Shown: positions 37,311 to 45,831 of the stretch, one piece after another
How the letters are laid out: each line of letters starts with the position of its first letter
Numbering within the stretch: the first letter of the stretch is position 1
Virus record (IMG/VR): IMGVR_UViG_642918881_000001
Location: 5,905 to 69,904 of that record
DNA: 64,000 bases
From: a virus
Lineage: Duplodnaviria; Caudoviricetes
Strand: one strand, 5' to 3'
Position numbers and translations under genes: made by a program
Notes under the pieces: model-generated
The model's input: only the letters and a program-made list of their open reading frames with translations
The model's database searches: none
What the model was told of the DNA's origin: nothing

Positions 37311-38651
37311 TTACAGCAGTTCGGCGATGGTTTCGGCGAACTCCCCCAGGGCGTCATCCCACACGTCCTGGTAGGTCTCATAGACAGCCTGGCCTTCTTC
37401 CAGGCTGGCAATCTCGCTCAGTGCCAGGCGTGCGCTGGCGTAGCGCACCGCCTCCTTACTGGGCATGGGTACGGCGTGCTGCGGTACCAGCTTCTCGGCC
37501 TCCTTGCGGCGGCGACGGGCGTCCAGGCTGGCCACCATGGTCTCCGCGCCCCAGGTGAGGTCAATGGTGATGGCGGCAGCCTTCTCGGGCTGGTTGCTGG
37601 GCACGTGCAGCAGGATGGCGAAGTCGGTACGGATGTCGGGCATGGGCTCCCAGGTCTTGCCGTCAATGGACAGCATCTTGGTGGCCCAGCCGTACACGCC
37701 GCCCACCTGCACGCCGAACGGCAGCCAGCTGTATTCGAGGGACTTGCTGGACTTCACGTCGCCCATGACCAGATCGCCCGTGGTCACCAGCTGGAAGATG
37801 CGGTCAATGCGCCCGGCCACGGTCTCCTCGCCACGGTCGTTCAGCACGGTGCGCTCCACGTACTGCGGCAGCGCCACAATGCCGCGATGGGCCATCACCT
37901 TGCGGGCATGGTGCACGTGGGGCTTCACCACGTCGGGCACCTGGTGCAGCAGCACCAGCCCGCAATCGAGGGCTTCCAGCCAGGCGTGCACGCAGGTGCC
38001 CAGCTCGCGGGCGTCGGCCCCGCCCATGCAGTTGTCGATGGACTCCAGCACCCCGTCGAGCTTGGTCACCTTGGGGCTGGCCAGGGCCTCGTCAATGAGG
38101 CCCAGCAGGTCACCGGCGGTGACGCCTTCGGGGCTGCCGTCGTCGTAGACAACGGTGGTCGGGTCCATTCGGGTGAGGCTGAGCACGCGCTTGACCATTT
38201 CGCGGGTCTTCCACTTGTTCAGCCCGTAGGTGTCGTCCAGCGTCTTGGCAACGGTGCTGGCGCGCGGGTAGCCCGTGGGCCTGCCGGTGGTGGGGCTCGG
38301 CAGCTGGTACCAGCCCCAGCCGTTGAACTTGCTCTCGGCGCGCGGCACGGCGGGCGGCAGCGGATAGCGCATCCACTGCGTGAAGCGCGGTGCCTCCTGG
38401 AAGTCCTCGGTAAGTTCGAGCGGGGCTGTACGGGCCATAGCGGGCTTCTCCTTGGTTGTTGGTGTGGTTGTGTCGGCCGGGGCCTGTTCGTGCGGCTGTG
38501 CGGCAGCCAGCGGGGCGGGCGCGTCCTTGGCGCGGTAGTCAGGATGGGCCTGGGCCAGGTCGGCAGTCCACCCGTCCCCGGTCTCGCCCCGGTACCAGGT
38601 GGTGCCGTTGGTATCCGTGCGCGCCGGGTACTGCACCGCCAAGCTGGCCAC
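37311..38651 (-). CDS. Cas4/PD-(D/E)XK-family exonuclease
   Basis: ELGTCVHAWLE and VAGRIDRI...MGDVKSSK motifs; strong alternative start at 38438. Confidence 0.8.
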   Translation of the reverse strand: MASLAVQYPARTDTNGTTWYRGETGDGWTADLAQAHPDYRAKDAPAPLAAAQPHEQAPADTTTPTTKEKPAMARTAPLELTEDFQEAPRFTQWMRYPLPPAVPRAESKFNGWGWYQLPSPTTGRPTGYPRASTVAKTLDDTYGLNKWKTREMVKRVLSLTRMDPTTVVYDDGSPEGVTAGDLLGLIDEALASPKVTKLDGVLESIDNCMGGADARELGTCVHAWLEALDCGLVLLHQVPDVVKPHVHHARKVMAHRGIVALPQYVERTVLNDRGEETVAGRIDRIFQLVTTGDLVMGDVKSSKSLEYSWLPFGVQVGGVYGWATKMLSIDGKTWEPMPDIRTDFAILLHVPSNQPEKAAAITIDLTWGAETMVASLDARRRRKEAEKLVPQHAVPMPSKEAVRYASARLALSEIASLEEGQAVYETYQDVWDDALGEFAETIAELL

Positions 38652-39565
38652 TAGCGCACATCCTCCAGCTCAGCAGGCTGGCCATTGGGGAACGCACGAA
38701 GCAGGCGCAGCTCCTTGCCGTCGCGCCAGGTGTTCCATGCCTTCACCCCGAACACAAGCGGCATCAGCGAGCTGCGCTCAGCCGCAGTCATCCGGTTGGC
38801 GGCGGCACGAAATGCCCGTCGAGCATCCCCTTCGCTGGTGCTGGCCAGCCCGTCAACCGTAGCGATGGCGTCAAAGAACTGCTGCGCCTTCTCCATGCCG
38901 CCTGCACGGGCGAACTTCATGGTGAGCCAGACTGCTGCGCGCGGCGTGATTGCCAGTTCGTTGCCACCCTTGCGGCTGGCGATGCGCTGGCCGTAGGTGG
39001 CAATTTCGCCCATGACATCGGTGTTGTCAGCCACCCATTCCGCGACCATGTGGGGCGTGATGATGGCGTTCGTCAGAGACATACGCACGGTAGGGCGCTC
39101 GCCCGTGCGGCCGACGTACTCGGTCAAGATCATGTCCAACTTGGCCACAGCGGCGACAGCTGCTGTGTGCCGTGCCTTGTCACCGAAAGCGAACTCGATG
39201 GCGTTAGCTGCCGAACGCCGCTTCTGGAGGTCAATCACCATCTGAACCTCGGGGTCGAGGTCACCAACCAGTAACATGCGCTGCGTGGTGCCGGACTGAA
39301 CGATTGCGTGGCAGGTGTGCTGTGCGTCGACCATTCGGCCGTCACGGTCGAATCGGATAGGGTTCGCCGCCTGGAGCCACGACCCTTCGGCCATTTCGTG
39401 GGCCAGCTCGTCCACGTGGTTGTGCGCAATATTCCGATTGCCGTGGTTGTGGTTGTCGAGCATGTACTTGGCCAGCTCGGGTGTGACCGTGATCCACTGC
39501 GTGGGCGGGTCGTCTTTGCGGGGCTCGCTGGTGGCAGTGATGGTGTCCCAGTAGGTGCTGCTCAT
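38651..39565 (-). CDS. ParB/Srx-like (DGQHR-type) domain protein
   Basis: VTPELAKYML...NRNI...MAEGSW...IRFDRDGRMVDAQHTCHAIVQSG. Confidence 0.7.
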   Translation of the reverse strand: MSSTYWDTITATSEPRKDDPPTQWITVTPELAKYMLDNHNHGNRNIAHNHVDELAHEMAEGSWLQAANPIRFDRDGRMVDAQHTCHAIVQSGTTQRMLLVGDLDPEVQMVIDLQKRRSAANAIEFAFGDKARHTAAVAAVAKLDMILTEYVGRTGERPTVRMSLTNAIITPHMVAEWVADNTDVMGEIATYGQRIASRKGGNELAITPRAAVWLTMKFARAGGMEKAQQFFDAIATVDGLASTSEGDARRAFRAAANRMTAAERSSLMPLVFGVKAWNTWRDGKELRLLRAFPNGQPAELEDVR

Positions 39566-39622
39566 GGTGATTATCTCCTGTGGTTGTGGTGTTTTCCTTG
39601 GCGGGGCTGTCCCGCCCAGGTC

Positions 39623-41335
39623 TTAGGCCAGCCCTCGGTCGAGAACCTTGCTGGTCAGGCGGATGGAAATTTCGTCGGAGAGCCGGGCCTTGGTCATGTC
39701 CTCGGCCAGAACGATGCCCAGGCCCTTGGCGAACTTGAGCTGCGCGGCGCTGGGCGGCTGATTGCGCCGCCAGCTGGCTTTGCGCTCGGGCAGCTGCTGG
39801 TCCGACTCGACAATCCACACCTCGGCGTTCTCCAGGGCGGTGGCCAGGTCGGTGTAGTCGGGATCGTCGGTGTGGATCGGGTACCTGCCGCTGGCGGTTA
39901 CCCAACCGCCCCGGCGGCTGCGGATACCCATCTGGCCGATGGCCCAGCGCACGGTGTCGGCCTGGCCCTGGGGCGGCATGACGCCATCCTCGGGCCACAC
40001 GAACACCACCTGGTTGTCCTCCATGAGCGGCAGAAACGGCACGCCGCCCACCGTTTCCATCCACACCAGGTCGCTGTTGGCCAGCAGGTCGATGGACACC
40101 ATGTCCACTGGACCCTGGCGAACCACCTTCATGCCCTCGTCGCCACCGTCACCGGGCAGCAGGTCGTCCAGCTCCTCCAGCACGATGTCGTCGCCGAACT
40201 CGTCCACCTCGCGGGTCTCGGCCCCGGTGTCGAGCGCTGTCAGGCTGACCAGCTTCATGGCGCGCGTGGACCCGGCCAGGTCGAGCACCAGGGCGTCGTC
40301 CTTGTTCGGGTACAGGCGCAGCGCCCGGCCAACCATCTGGCTGTACAGGTTGCGGCTGCGGGTCGGCCGCGCCAGCACCACCGTGTCGCACATCGGGAAG
40401 TCCGCGCCCTCGGTGAGCACCTGCACCGTGACCAGCGCCTTGGCCGCACCGCTGCGGAAGCTCTCGTAGATGGGCAGCCGGTCGGCGTAGCTGATCGCGC
40501 CGGTAACCGCCACGGCCGGATAGTCGGCGTCGGTGAGCGCGTCAGCGATGTGGTGGGCGGCGTCGACACTGGCCGCGAAGATGATAGGGCGGCGGTCGGT
40601 GGCGTGCAGCTTGATCGCGTCCACGACGTACTGCGTGCAGGCTTCCATCACCTCGGCCAGCTCGCCCTGGTGGAAGTCACCGGCCACGCTGCGCACGTCG
40701 TTGAGGGCGTCCAGGCCCTTGATCCGCACCGTGAGGCCACGGGGCTGCACCAGGAAGCCCTTCTTGATGGCCCAGCGAATGTCCTTCTCGTAGCTGATCT
40801 TCTGGATAACGTCGCCCAGGCCGATTACGCCGCGCTCGTTGCGGTACATGGTGGCGGTGAGCCCGCACATCAGGGCGTCGTCGTAGCCGCCCAGCTCGCT
40901 GAACGTGGTGTGGAAACCCTCGGCTCCGGCGTGGTGCACCTCGTCCCAGAGAATCACGTCACGCTTGCCCAGGGCCTCGCGGCGGCGGGCGGTGGCCAGC
41001 GTCTGGAGCATGGCGAACACGATGGGGCAGTGGTGGTCGTCCTCCTCGGCGCGCACAATGCCGATGTCGGAGGCGGGGATGGTGGGGTCTACGGCCAGCA
41101 GGTCGCGCTTCATCTGGTCGAGGAGTTCGCCCCGGTGGGCCATGGCGACAACACGCTGGCCGCGCCGGTATGCGCGGCGGGCAATCTCACCGATGACGCT
41201 TGACTTGCCGGAGCCCGTGGGGAGAACGACACCTACACGGTTCTTGCCGGAGGCCCAGTCTGCCTCTACGGCATCTGCGGCGGCGACCTGGTAATCGCGG
41301 AGCTGGCGCGGGGCCGGTGCTGCGGTGGTGGTCAT
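39623..41335 (-). CDS. superfamily 2 DNA helicase
   Basis: LRDYQ, LPTGSGKS, DEVHH, GLTAT, LTEGAD and QMVGRALR motifs. Confidence 0.93.
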   Translation of the reverse strand: MTTTAAPAPRQLRDYQVAAADAVEADWASGKNRVGVVLPTGSGKSSVIGEIARRAYRRGQRVVAMAHRGELLDQMKRDLLAVDPTIPASDIGIVRAEEDDHHCPIVFAMLQTLATARRREALGKRDVILWDEVHHAGAEGFHTTFSELGGYDDALMCGLTATMYRNERGVIGLGDVIQKISYEKDIRWAIKKGFLVQPRGLTVRIKGLDALNDVRSVAGDFHQGELAEVMEACTQYVVDAIKLHATDRRPIIFAASVDAAHHIADALTDADYPAVAVTGAISYADRLPIYESFRSGAAKALVTVQVLTEGADFPMCDTVVLARPTRSRNLYSQMVGRALRLYPNKDDALVLDLAGSTRAMKLVSLTALDTGAETREVDEFGDDIVLEELDDLLPGDGGDEGMKVVRQGPVDMVSIDLLANSDLVWMETVGGVPFLPLMEDNQVVFVWPEDGVMPPQGQADTVRWAIGQMGIRSRRGGWVTASGRYPIHTDDPDYTDLATALENAEVWIVESDQQLPERKASWRRNQPPSAAQLKFAKGLGIVLAEDMTKARLSDEISIRLTSKVLDRGLA

Positions 41336-41432
41336 GTGTTGGCTTTCGTGTGGTTGTGGTGCTGGTGAAGTGTGGTGTTGGTGGTAGTCGCCCGGCCCCA
41401 GGTGGCAGGCCCTGGAGCCGCGCGACGTACCT

Positions 41433-41462
41433 AAACTAACCCGACTAATGCGGGTAAGTCAA
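41433..41462 (-). promoter_or_regulatory. repeated promoter/operator cassette, copy 3 (no GGCGGG hairpin)
   Basis: TTGACT-N18-TAGTTT; spacer reads ACCCG-ACTAATG-CGGGT on the + strand. Confidence 0.8.
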
Positions 41463-41633
41463 CTACCCGATAACTACCAGGTCGCGCGGGTCTGCGCGGC
41501 GGGCACTCATGGCCCAGCTCCAGATGACGGTTGCCATCTTGCGGGGCTGGCCAGGGTAGTGCTCGGTGCGCAGCACCCTGCCGGACCAGCTGGGGTTCAG
41601 CCGGTGCGTGACCAGGGCATTGTCGGGGATCAT
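41463..41633 (-). CDS. hypothetical 56-aa protein
   Basis: Hand translation MIPDNALVTHRLNPSWSGRVL...; ATGA overlap with the upstream gene. Confidence 0.6.
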   Translation of the reverse strand: MIPDNALVTHRLNPSWSGRVLRTEHYPGQPRKMATVIWSWAMSARRADPRDLVVIG

Positions 41634-41857
41634 TCGTATCGTCCGTCGTAGTCGATGTAACCCGGCACGTCCTGGTCACGCAGCTGCTCCACGCTGTCCA
41701 GACGCAGAGTGACCTCCACCGTGGTACGGACGTTGCCGATCCTGCCCAGCTGCTCACGGATGAGTTCGGCCAGCTGCTGCTCGGCCTCCTCCACCGTGTT
41801 GGCGTAGCTGGTCGGCAGGTCGACAGTGGCGCTGATGGCAGCGCGCACCACGATCAC
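41630..41857 (-). CDS. hypothetical protein
   Basis: GTGA overlap; packed in operon. Confidence 0.65.
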   Translation of the reverse strand: MIVVRAAISATVDLPTSYANTVEEAEQQLAELIREQLGRIGNVRTTVEVTLRLDSVEQLRDQDVPGYIDYDGRYE

Positions 41858-42252
41858 GGCGCAATCCAGCCGGGCTCGTCCCAGAGCGGCGGGTTCGGCG
41901 CACCGGGCGCGTCACTCACCGGGTAGGACTCGACACCGTTGCTGGAGAACGGCACCCAATAGCCGCCGCTGGTCGAGCAGCTGACGAAGTACGTGCCGGA
42001 GCAGTACGTGGTCATCGGCTTGTAGTGCCTCGGCGTGTAGAACTCCCGGTACCGGGTCCAGCTGCCGTCGGGATGGCGCGGCGTGTCGCAGATGTCGCGC
42101 TTGGTGCCCTTGAACAGCCAGATGCCGCTGGTCGTGATGCAGTGCGTGCCCGGCGGCAGTACGTCGGCCTTGGCCTCCACGGTGGCGGCACCGAACGCCA
42201 CCACCAGCAGAGCGCTCAGGCTGACGATGGCCAGCGCAATGCGGCGCTTCAC
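41854..42252 (-). CDS. secreted Cys-containing protein
   Basis: Signal peptide MKRRIALAIVSLSALLVVAFG; CDTPRHPDGSWTRYR motif. Confidence 0.75.
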   Translation of the reverse strand: MKRRIALAIVSLSALLVVAFGAATVEAKADVLPPGTHCITTSGIWLFKGTKRDICDTPRHPDGSWTRYREFYTPRHYKPMTTYCSGTYFVSCSTSGGYWVPFSSNGVESYPVSDAPGAPNPPLWDEPGWIAP

Positions 42253-42710
42253 AGGGCCACCTCGCCCGCTGCCGCCTGGAACACGTGGGCCAGCTTGGTC
42301 AGGCCCAGCAGCTTCAGCTCGTTGGCGCTCACCACGTCGCCAGTGGCGGCGTTCAGCACCTCCAGCAGCGCCTTGGTCTCGTTGACCTGAACGGGGCTCA
42401 GCAGGGCCTTGGGCATGGTCACCGCCTTGCGCACGTCGTAGTCCTGCGGGGCGGCGTAGAACACGTGCTCCACGTCGCTGACGCCCAGGGCCTTGCGGGC
42501 GTCGTAGACCGTGGGCGCGGTGGCGGTCTTACGCAGCTGCTTGGACAGCCAGTCGCGCAGCGCGCCCATCTGCTGCGGCGACCAGTCGGCGCGGTGGTTG
42601 TCGCGGAACGCCTTGACCTCGGCGGTGTAGGCGGCTCCGGCCTTCTCATGGTTGGCCAGGGCGGTCTTTGCCGCCTTGATGAGCGCGGTGCGGTTGAACG
42701 AGACGGACAT
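42249..42710 (-). CDS. hypothetical protein
   Basis: AAGGAG RBS with CACAACCA motif. Confidence 0.75.
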   Translation of the reverse strand: MSVSFNRTALIKAAKTALANHEKAGAAYTAEVKAFRDNHRADWSPQQMGALRDWLSKQLRKTATAPTVYDARKALGVSDVEHVFYAAPQDYDVRKAVTMPKALLSPVQVNETKALLEVLNAATGDVVSANELKLLGLTKLAHVFQAAAGEVAL

Positions 42711-42741
42711 AGCGGTGTTCTCCTTCGTGGTTGTGGTGCGG

Positions 42742-45531
42742 TTAGTCCTGGTCGTTGACTTCGGCAGCGGCCAGGTTGCGGGCCTGCTCGGCGGTGTTCA
42801 CGCTCGGGATGTAGCGCGCCCCCGAAGGGGTGCCGGTCAGGGTCTCGATCAGCGAATACCGCAAGCCCTTGTCGACGGCTTCGGCAATGCGCTGCTTCCA
42901 GTAGACGGGCGTGTCGGCCCGGCTCATGGCGTAGGGGTCCGGCCGCACGGCCAGGACAATCTCGGTGCGCGTGGCACCCTGCTGTGTCAGGTTGTCCACG
43001 AACCGGCGAATGCGGATCGCGGTCTCCACGATGGGCTCAGGCAGCGGGCGCGACAGCACGACCTCGCCCTGCATCGGATCCACGTTGCCGTTCGGGCCGG
43101 TGATCAACGGGGCCGACACGTCGCCCTCCAGATGGTGGTTGATCATCAGCAGCGGGATGGGGTTCTCCAGCTGCTCGGCGTTCTTCTGCTTGCTGGTGGT
43201 GATCTCAATGCACTTGCCGGGCAGCCGCCCGTCGTCGTCGGCAATCTGGCTCACGTCCCAGGTGGCCATCCGCACCAGCAGCTCGCTGTCCAGCGCACCG
43301 TTGAGGGCACTGCTGCCGCGTGCGGCGTCAGGGTTGCCCTTGGCGGTGTGGTGAACCACGCAGACGCCCGCATTGGTCAGCTCGCGCAGCTTGTCGAACC
43401 GGCGCACGGCCTTGCCCACGTCGGTCGCGGAGTTCTCCTCCAGCCCGGCGCTCATGCGGGCGAACGTGTCGAACACCACCAGGCCGATGCCCTGCCGCAC
43501 GATGTAGGCGGCAATCTCGCCCCAGGCTTCGTTCTGGGCGCTCACCAGGATGATGCCGTTGCCCAGCAGCAGGTCGTCGGCCAGGTCCACGTCGTGGGCG
43601 TCCTCCCACGCCTTGAGGCGCTGCACCGCACCGCTCAGGCCCTCACCGGGCAGGTACAGCACGCGCGTCTTGCGGGTTGTGCGACCCTGCCAGTTCTTGC
43701 CGGTGGCGATGTGGCAGAGCATGTCCAGCACAACCGTCGACTTGCCGACGCCGGGCGGGCCGATCACGCTGGACAGCCCGCCGTGCTCGATCAGCCCGTC
43801 GATGATGTATTCCGGCGGCGGCATGTCCCGCCAGTGGCTGAACGGTGCGATGCGCGGCACCCCGCTATGCGTCGAGTCGAACACGTCGGGGTCGGGGTCG
43901 TCCACCTCGTCGGCGTAGGGGCTGTCGTCAGACTTGCCGAAGTCGGCGGGCAGGTCGGACAGGTCGGCGGCGTAGTCCACCGGGGTGTCGGCCAGCCGCT
44001 CCTCCACCAGGTCGGGGGCTTCGATCAGGTGATCGTCGTTGGCGTCGGCGGTGCCGCGGTGATACCACTGACCCTCGGACTCGAAAGCATCGTCCGGCCT
44101 GATGGTTGCGCCGCACTGGCAGACCACCGTGTTGTCCTCGGCCTGATCCTCGGGATAGATGTTGCGGTCCTGCTGCTCGCGCACAGCCAGCTCGGACTCG
44201 TCAACCTGGGGCAGGTCGAACTCGCCGTCGCCGTTCATGCGGTGCTCACGGTCGATGCCCTTGGGGTCCAGGCCCGGCTCCACCGACAGATCCGGCGTCA
44301 CGTCCATGTCGTCCATGGCCTTGCCGACGTTGCCGCCGTAGTTGATCAGCGCCACCGCCTGGAGCTTGCTGATGGTGCTGGTGCCCTTCTCGGCCACCCA
44401 TGCGTCAAACGGTTCGGCAGGGTTGTCGGTCCAGATGTGCAGCGGCGCGTTCGTCTCGGTGTACCGGCCAGCGGTGCAGCCGGTGTCGTGCGCGGTGGCG
44501 CTCTTGGGGCTGGCGTGCACGCCCGGCGCGGTCCACACGGCACAGCCGCAGCTGTCGGCACGCGGGGCCGGGGTCCAGCCCAGCGGCTCCAGGATGCTGG
44601 CCCAGCTCACGTTCTCGGCCCAGCGGTCGATGTGCGTAGCAAGTTCGGGGTTCTCGGCCCTATCACCAGCGGCCAATTCTGCGCGCTGTACGCGCCGCTC
44701 ACCGGCCTGCATGATGGCCTCGCCCAGCCAGTCCGGCATGTCGTACACGTGGCCCAGCTGTTCGTACGCGCCCTCGGGCCGGGTGCTCGGCGGGATCAGC
44801 ACGTAGCGGCGGTCCCACAGGATGGCGAAACCGTGGTCACCGCCCCAGGTCATCGCGCCCAGGTGCCGGGGCAGCACCGGCAGGTACTTGTCCGGCACGG
44901 TAAACCAGAAGTGCCCGCCGTCGGCGTGCGCCCAGGTGCTGGGGTCGTTGATGTCGGCATCCGGCCCGACCTGGCCGGGCGTGAGGATGGTGGGCGCGGG
45001 CCGGGCGTCCTCGGGAATTTCGGCGACCTCGAACCACCGGTCGACCTGGGCGGCGGTGTCGCAGTCGATGACCACCACGCCGGACCCGCCCACCTCCACC
45101 GCCAGGTTGACGGCGGCGGGCTGCGCCATGGCAATTTCGCCAGCGTCCTCGGCCTTCTTCGACCAGGTGGTCTCGTTGCCGTGGGTGCCGTCGGGCAGCA
45201 CTTCCACCCACGTGCTGAACACCTGGACGTACCGCTTGAGGTAGCGCTCCAGGGTGGCCTTGTCGTCGGTGGCCAGCGCCAGCCCGGCACCGGACTTCAC
45301 GGTCTGCCAGTCGCGCCGCCCGGCAGCCTTGGCCTCCTCCTGGGCAGCCTTGTCGTCGGCGCGCTTCTTGGCCGGGGTGCGCAGGTCGGCGGGCACCTTG
45401 CTGTCGGGGTAGATGAACAGCAGATGCAGACCGAGGTCGGCAGCCTGCCGGATGAACGAGCGCACGGCTTCGTGGTCGGTGTTGTCGACACCGGAGCCAA
45501 GCACTGCCTCCAGCGGTTTGGAACCAAGCAT
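42742..45531 (-). CDS. DNA primase-polymerase / AAA (RepA-like) helicase
   Basis: Prim-pol motifs VVVIDCD and GGHFWF; Walker A GPPGVGKS; VVFDT and VVHHTAK. Confidence 0.9.
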   Translation of the reverse strand: MLGSKPLEAVLGSGVDNTDHEAVRSFIRQAADLGLHLLFIYPDSKVPADLRTPAKKRADDKAAQEEAKAAGRRDWQTVKSGAGLALATDDKATLERYLKRYVQVFSTWVEVLPDGTHGNETTWSKKAEDAGEIAMAQPAAVNLAVEVGGSGVVVIDCDTAAQVDRWFEVAEIPEDARPAPTILTPGQVGPDADINDPSTWAHADGGHFWFTVPDKYLPVLPRHLGAMTWGGDHGFAILWDRRYVLIPPSTRPEGAYEQLGHVYDMPDWLGEAIMQAGERRVQRAELAAGDRAENPELATHIDRWAENVSWASILEPLGWTPAPRADSCGCAVWTAPGVHASPKSATAHDTGCTAGRYTETNAPLHIWTDNPAEPFDAWVAEKGTSTISKLQAVALINYGGNVGKAMDDMDVTPDLSVEPGLDPKGIDREHRMNGDGEFDLPQVDESELAVREQQDRNIYPEDQAEDNTVVCQCGATIRPDDAFESEGQWYHRGTADANDDHLIEAPDLVEERLADTPVDYAADLSDLPADFGKSDDSPYADEVDDPDPDVFDSTHSGVPRIAPFSHWRDMPPPEYIIDGLIEHGGLSSVIGPPGVGKSTVVLDMLCHIATGKNWQGRTTRKTRVLYLPGEGLSGAVQRLKAWEDAHDVDLADDLLLGNGIILVSAQNEAWGEIAAYIVRQGIGLVVFDTFARMSAGLEENSATDVGKAVRRFDKLRELTNAGVCVVHHTAKGNPDAARGSSALNGALDSELLVRMATWDVSQIADDDGRLPGKCIEITTSKQKNAEQLENPIPLLMINHHLEGDVSAPLITGPNGNVDPMQGEVVLSRPLPEPIVETAIRIRRFVDNLTQQGATRTEIVLAVRPDPYAMSRADTPVYWKQRIAEAVDKGLRYSLIETLTGTPSGARYIPSVNTAEQARNLAAAEVNDQD

Positions 45532-45564
45532 GAACAGGGCCTTTCGTGGTTGTGGTTGGTGCGG

Positions 45565-45831
45565 TTAGACGTAGCGGCCGGGCTTGCTGGCGATGCCGCC
45601 ACCAAGTGCCAGGTAGCCCACGCCGTCGGTCCAGCTGTCGGCGTGGTTGGGCGTCTTGATCAGCCGGGCCACCTTCACCAGGGCCATGCAGATCGCCACC
45701 TGCTCGGCGGTGACTTCGTGCCCGAACACCACCGCCCAGAGCGCGCCGGTCTCGGTGAAGTTCTGCTCGGCATCACCGTAGACGGCGTTCCGGTCGTTGT
45801 TCACCAGATCGGCAGCGGTGGCGCAGGTCAT
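45565..45831 (-). CDS. DUF6378-like protein
   Basis: DRNAVYGDAEQNF...MALVKVAR...HADSWTDGVGY. Confidence 0.75.
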   Translation of the reverse strand: MTCATAADLVNNDRNAVYGDAEQNFTETGALWAVVFGHEVTAEQVAICMALVKVARLIKTPNHADSWTDGVGYLALGGGIASKPGRYV

